From positions 7,148 to 71,147 of the IMG/VR virus record IMGVR_UViG_3300021255_002076: 64,000 nucleotides of DNA, one strand, 5' to 3'. The notes under the pieces are model-generated. The model was given only the letters and a program-made list of their open reading frames with translations, was not told the origin of the DNA and made no database searches. Shown here piece after piece: positions 60,264 to 64,000 of this stretch. The stretch comes from a virus. Lineage: Duplodnaviria; Caudoviricetes. The translations under genes and the position numbers were made by a program. Every line of letters begins with the position of its first letter. Position 1 is the first letter of the stretch.

Positions 60264-60479
60264 TTAACTATCTCCTCTTACCTTATAATCTTTCATCGCA
60301 TACAACAGACAAAGATCGGAGCAATAATAAACATTGTTATCCATCTCATAGCGATCATCGTAGGACCAGATCTCCTGGCCACAAACATCACAATGCCCTA
60401 CCAGATAGGGACCTTCCGGATCTATTGTCATCGCTTTATCAATCTTTCCTATATGAACTACAGTAATAACCATCGGCAT
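60264..60479 (-). CDS. Small Zn-binding hypothetical protein
   Basis: CDVC...CSDLC. Confidence 0.5.
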   Translation of the reverse strand: MPMVITVVHIGKIDKAMTIDPEGPYLVGHCDVCGQEIWSYDDRYEMDNNVYYCSDLCLLYAMKDYKVRGDS

Positions 60480-63333
60480 TGAGGGGAAGGCCTTCCATCC
60501 ACGGAGCGCCTTTGCACATCAGCTGGATAGCTTCTTCCAGAGTGCCATGGTCATACGGATCTGTGATAATAACTTCATCGTGAACCGTGGCCCGGACATC
60601 GTATCCGGCTTTGTCCAAATTGAAAAGTGCTTCTTTGAGGCAGTCTCTTGCGGTTGCCTGGATGAGATTTTCTGTCAGTTTCCCGCCGAATGTCTCTGTA
60701 CGCTCCCACTTACGTGTCGTCTGGTTCATACTCATGTAGGTCATCGACGGACGGCCCCATCTGTCCTGGCCCATAGCCGCGCCCCAATAAGCAATCCGTC
60801 TTCCGGAAGGAAGGGACATCCACATCACTCCATCCTCCAAGTCAAAACGGATATGGCCAACTGTCGAGATCGTAGGCTTACCTCTCTTGATACACCTAAT
60901 AGCTGCATCCTCCAGAGACTTCCACAAAGCTACGATGTGAGGGGAGGCCTCTCTCCACTTAGCTACCAGATCGGACATCTCATCTTCCTTCATGCCCATG
61001 CGGTCTGCTCCAAAATTCTTCATCGCTCCTACGCCACCGCCGTATCCGCAATTGTGGACGAGCTTTCCCGATACGGTGTAACGATGATGTCTTCCGGCAT
61101 TTCGTATGTCATAGACTCTAGCCTTGCCTTTATACCGCGCCAGTTCTTTCTCCTGTCGTATACAGCATCCTGAGCCTGTTGAATAATTTGCTCCCTTGAG
61201 TAGCCCTCTGATAGTTTCCGGATCACTACTGTCTTTGAATATGGCCAGTACTGCTGATCCCATCTTGACAACACACATCGCCTCTGATTTATACAGTTCG
61301 TCTTGTGGGTAGCCCAACGGAGATTCCCCGGAGCATAATCCCCGTTCGTATCTATTCTGTCGATCTCCATACTCCGATCCGGTAAACCCAGATTGTCTAT
61401 CATCCAGACCCCCGCTGTTATCACACTCGGAAATGCGAACTTGATGCCTCTCGCTCCGTAGTTCTTGTATCCCTTGTCCTTCGGATTCTCGCATCTCTGT
61501 TTCGCCGAGGTCAGTCTCCTGTCTAGCCAAAGCGGGATCTTGCGCGGTGCTTCGGAGCAATTCTGACAACCAGCTGATCTGCCACTTGTTATTGCATTCA
61601 GACTCGTCCAACCTATGTATCCACACCCAGTGCATTCCGTAAGAACGTAACAGTGATTCCAGCTCGCGCTCCATCTCTTTTCTGGCCCTATTATTTTCAC
61701 CCAGCCATATTGTGTTCCAACCATCTCCGGTTTGTATGAGATGTGCGCCGCAGGCGGCGGCGACTCCAAAGTGTATTGGCTCCGGTTGCCCCTCGACGAA
61801 GACGAGGTGGTCTGCTGTTGCTGTGAGTCCTTCGTATTCGTAGACATCTTTTACTCCTTTGTATATAACGCCTTCGTGTTCGACCCAGTCTTCACCATCC
61901 CAGACTCTCATCTCGGTAGTAACATCTTGAATAGGAACGAGGCCATGATCGGTAAGAACAAGCTGGTCTTCAGCTATGCAAGCAAGTTCAATGATCTTAC
62001 CCTTTGCTCTGAGCTCTCCGTTGATCCCATGCTTCACGACGGGAACTTTAAATGCTCGACTGGCAGAGGCGCAGTAGATATCCTCGCCATTGGCAAAAGC
62101 TTGGATTCTCCATTCCTCATTTGCAATCCACGCAATCACTCTCGCCTCGATGGCGGAGAAGTCTGCAACGATCAGTCTGCTATTCTCCTCCGGTATGATC
62201 ATGGTCCTAATCAATGCCGACAATGCAGTCTGTACTTTAGGGTAGAAGCACTCAAAGTCTTCTTCGTCTCCGAGTAAAGCCAGGGCCCTGGCATCATCCA
62301 GGTCGGGAAGGGTATCATGCGGAAGATTCTGTAGCTGTACCAACCGGCCAGCCCATCTTCCCGTTGAAGCACCATAAAACTGGAAAGTTCCTCGGACGTG
62401 ATTGTCCTCGCAGCAAGACCGGAGGAAGGCTTCATACTTTTTATTAGAGCTCTTAGAAAACTCTTCCCTTAGTTTAAGAACCTCCTTAGTCTGGTCTTCA
62501 GATAAGGAAGCATACACATCAGCAATGGCTTTCTTATTTAAAGAAAGAACTTCGATACCTTCCTGCTCCTCTAGCCACTGTTTGATCTGGGCTGTAGAGT
62601 TAGGATTCTCCAGCCCCGTGAGTTGTTTACAATGCGCAATCAACTCATCACGGTACTGATCCCCAATCCGAATAGCGTTCTCTGCAAGCTTCGGTTCGAT
62701 GCGGACACCCTTGTCGTTCATCCGCTGATCGAGACACCAGAGCTTTTGTTCTGAGAAGTCCGGCCTCCACTTCAGCAAACGCTGGCGGATCGTGTTCTCC
62801 GTCTCGACATCTCGTCTGTTATATTCAACAAACGTCGCCCACTTCTCTGGAGCATCCTCCGGTCTGTTCCGTGTTCTCCCACCATTAGCTTTAGTAGACT
62901 TGCACGGCTGACAGAAGTACCGGATAAGCTCTTTGCCTTCCTTCATCTTCGCTTTGTCTTCCGGTAACTCCAGTGCTGCACCGACGCCTGCAAGGGAGAG
63001 GGGAAGACCACAGGATGCGGAGAGGATCATTGTACAGGACCACTGTTCCGGTTCACAGTATCTACCGAACCACTTCGACAGACATGTCCGCTCGAAGTTA
63101 GCATTGAAAGCAGTCTTCTCTACCTCCGGATCGTAAAGCCAATCAACTATCTCAGTAGGTACTCCATCGTTCCTAGTCATGTCAATCACAGTTACCGGAC
63201 CATAGTCACAAGAGTAGGCGAAAAGCAGGATCTCGAAGTCGTCGGATTCCACGTACTTGTAAGCGCCACACTTGCCGATGTCTACGGAGGAGTAGGTTTC
63301 GAGATCTATACTGAGTGTCCGTGGCTTATTCAT
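60439..63333 (-). CDS. Family A DNA polymerase containing an intein (654 aa after splicing)
   Basis: Exo IDLET, TGRWAGR..QLQN, motif A DFSAIEARV, motif B KGKIIELA|CGYGG and motif C TVHDE. Confidence 0.92.
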   Translation of the reverse strand: MNKPRTLSIDLETYSSVDIGKCGAYKYVESDDFEILLFAYSCDYGPVTVIDMTRNDGVPTEIVDWLYDPEVEKTAFNANFERTCLSKWFGRYCEPEQWSCTMILSASCGLPLSLAGVGAALELPEDKAKMKEGKELIRYFCQPCKSTKANGGRTRNRPEDAPEKWATFVEYNRRDVETENTIRQRLLKWRPDFSEQKLWCLDQRMNDKGVRIEPKLAENAIRIGDQYRDELIAHCKQLTGLENPNSTAQIKQWLEEQEGIEVLSLNKKAIADVYASLSEDQTKEVLKLREEFSKSSNKKYEAFLRSCCEDNHVRGTFQFYGASTGRWAGRLVQLQNLPHDTLPDLDDARALALLGDEEDFECFYPKVQTALSALIRTMIIPEENSRLIVADFSAIEARVIAWIANEEWRIQAFANGEDIYCASASRAFKVPVVKHGINGELRAKGKIIELACIAEDQLVLTDHGLVPIQDVTTEMRVWDGEDWVEHEGVIYKGVKDVYEYEGLTATADHLVFVEGQPEPIHFGVAAACGAHLIQTGDGWNTIWLGENNRARKEMERELESLLRSYGMHWVWIHRLDESECNNKWQISWLSELLRSTAQDPALARQETDLGETEMRESEGQGIQELRSERHQVRISECDNSGGLDDRQSGFTGSEYGDRQNRYERGLCSGESPLGYPQDELYKSEAMCVVKMGSAVLAIFKDSSDPETIRGLLKGANYSTGSGCCIRQEKELARYKGKARVYDIRNAGRHHRYTVSGKLVHNCGYGGGVGAMKNFGADRMGMKEDEMSDLVAKWREASPHIVALWKSLEDAAIRCIKRGKPTISTVGHIRFDLEDGVMWMSLPSGRRIAYWGAAMGQDRWGRPSMTYMSMNQTTRKWERTETFGGKLTENLIQATARDCLKEALFNLDKAGYDVRATVHDEVIITDPYDHGTLEEAIQLMCKGAPWMEGLPLNADGYYCSSYRKD
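61029..61847 (-). CDS. HNH-type endonuclease nested in the intein in the +1 frame
   Basis: RCENPKDKGYKNYGARGI...IDRIDTNGDYAPGNLRWAT..N..N; AAAGGAG lies 6 nt before ATG 61847. Confidence 0.85.
   Translation of the reverse strand: MSTNTKDSQQQQTTSSSSRGNRSQYTLESPPPAAHISYKPEMVGTQYGWVKIIGPEKRWSASWNHCYVLTECTGCGYIGWTSLNAITSGRSAGCQNCSEAPRKIPLWLDRRLTSAKQRCENPKDKGYKNYGARGIKFAFPSVITAGVWMIDNLGLPDRSMEIDRIDTNGDYAPGNLRWATHKTNCINQRRCVLSRWDQQYWPYSKTVVIRKLSEGYSREQIIQQAQDAVYDRRKNWRGIKARLESMTYEMPEDIIVTPYRESSSTIADTAVA
61051..61980 (-). mobile_element. 310-aa class 1 intein in polymerase motif B
   Basis: C1 block A CIAEDQLV, block B TADH, block F VYDI and block G VHN|C. Confidence 0.9.
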
Positions 63334-63752
63334 ATTGCATCAGCCTTCTCGAAGACTTCCAGCATCTTCGGGAACTGGAGCGCGACCCAATCTATCTCAG
63401 CCTCATCATGCCCGTAGGAAGTATGGTACATACTCTGGGCCAAACCACTCTCATAGAGAAAAGCGTGAATGATTTCATGGCGCTTAACTTCCTTCAGATA
63501 GGAAGCATAGTCTTTCAGATCATCGATCTCGCCGAAGGCGCTATCCGGAATGTAAATAGTCTTTACCGATCTATCAGTGTACCCATCCACCTGCTGGAAC
63601 ATTGGGTCGGACTCCCGTGGAATGATCTTCATCTTCCAGCGGCTCCCCAAAATATTAAGATTGTAAGTCTTCAAGTTCTTCTTCCTCCACGTCGAAACTG
63701 ATATAGTATTCGATCTGCGCACCGCAGTTCGCACAGTGGCAGAAGTGCACAA
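63330..63752 (-). CDS. Hypothetical protein with HExxH motif
   Basis: KRHEIIHAFLYESGL; the real start is probably MKIIPRE. Confidence 0.55.
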   Translation of the reverse strand: MCTSATVRTAVRRSNTISVSTWRKKNLKTYNLNILGSRWKMKIIPRESDPMFQQVDGYTDRSVKTIYIPDSAFGEIDDLKDYASYLKEVKRHEIIHAFLYESGLAQSMYHTSYGHDEAEIDWVALQFPKMLEVFEKADAI

Positions 63753-63840
63753 GACCTTCGCCCTCCATGCCTACATCAGAGAAATCAAAGTCGCTGTCCC
63801 AGATAACTGCGCGAGCTAAGCAATGAAAGCATTCATACAT
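63655..63840 (-). CDS. Small Zn-finger protein
   Basis: CFHC...CANCG. Confidence 0.5.
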   Translation of the reverse strand: MYECFHCLARAVIWDSDFDFSDVGMEGEGLVHFCHCANCGAQIEYYISFDVEEEELEDLQS

Positions 63841-64000
63841 GCCTATATCTTTTCCTCCGGATGAGTTCTGAGATAGTACTCGACAGCTTTGGTTTCATCC
63901 ATCTTCCTAGGAATCATAACGATGTTGAATTTCTTATACTGTTTCTGCCTCCACTCGTTCTTCCGTTGGGCATCACGATCTCTGTACTTCTTTTTCATTT

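Noticed and set aside
1-64000. Alternative genetic code
   Set aside because: Long genes translate uninterrupted in the standard code; only one possible readthrough site (59886).

Overview
This window is most of the genome of a temperate, short-tailed (podovirus-like) dsDNA phage. The likely host is a Bacillota/Clostridia bacterium; that is an inference from protein families, sigmaA-type promoters and the lysin type. The + strand (1-39038) is the late module. It runs: terminase C-terminus, portal, an atypical tRNA(CAT), scaffold, major capsid, adaptor/nozzle, fibre-like proteins, an NlpC/P60 lysin, a 2291-aa tail/RBP protein ending in a BspA-type LRR array, holins, and a 5698-aa polyvalent internal-virion-like protein. 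The - strand (39102-64000) is the early/replication module. It carries many small ORFs, a tRNA-like RNA, a promoter-driven vWA + divergent PurA-like operon, an intact attP matching the 3' half of tRNA-Trp next to a tyrosine integrase, a primase-helicase, a GIY-YIG endonuclease, an SNF2 helicase and a family A DNA polymerase. The most striking element is a 310-aa intein in the polymerase with no in-frame endonuclease. Instead, an HNH-type endonuclease with its own Shine-Dalgarno is encoded in the +1 frame across the intein. All family assignments come from motif recognition by eye; no searches were run.
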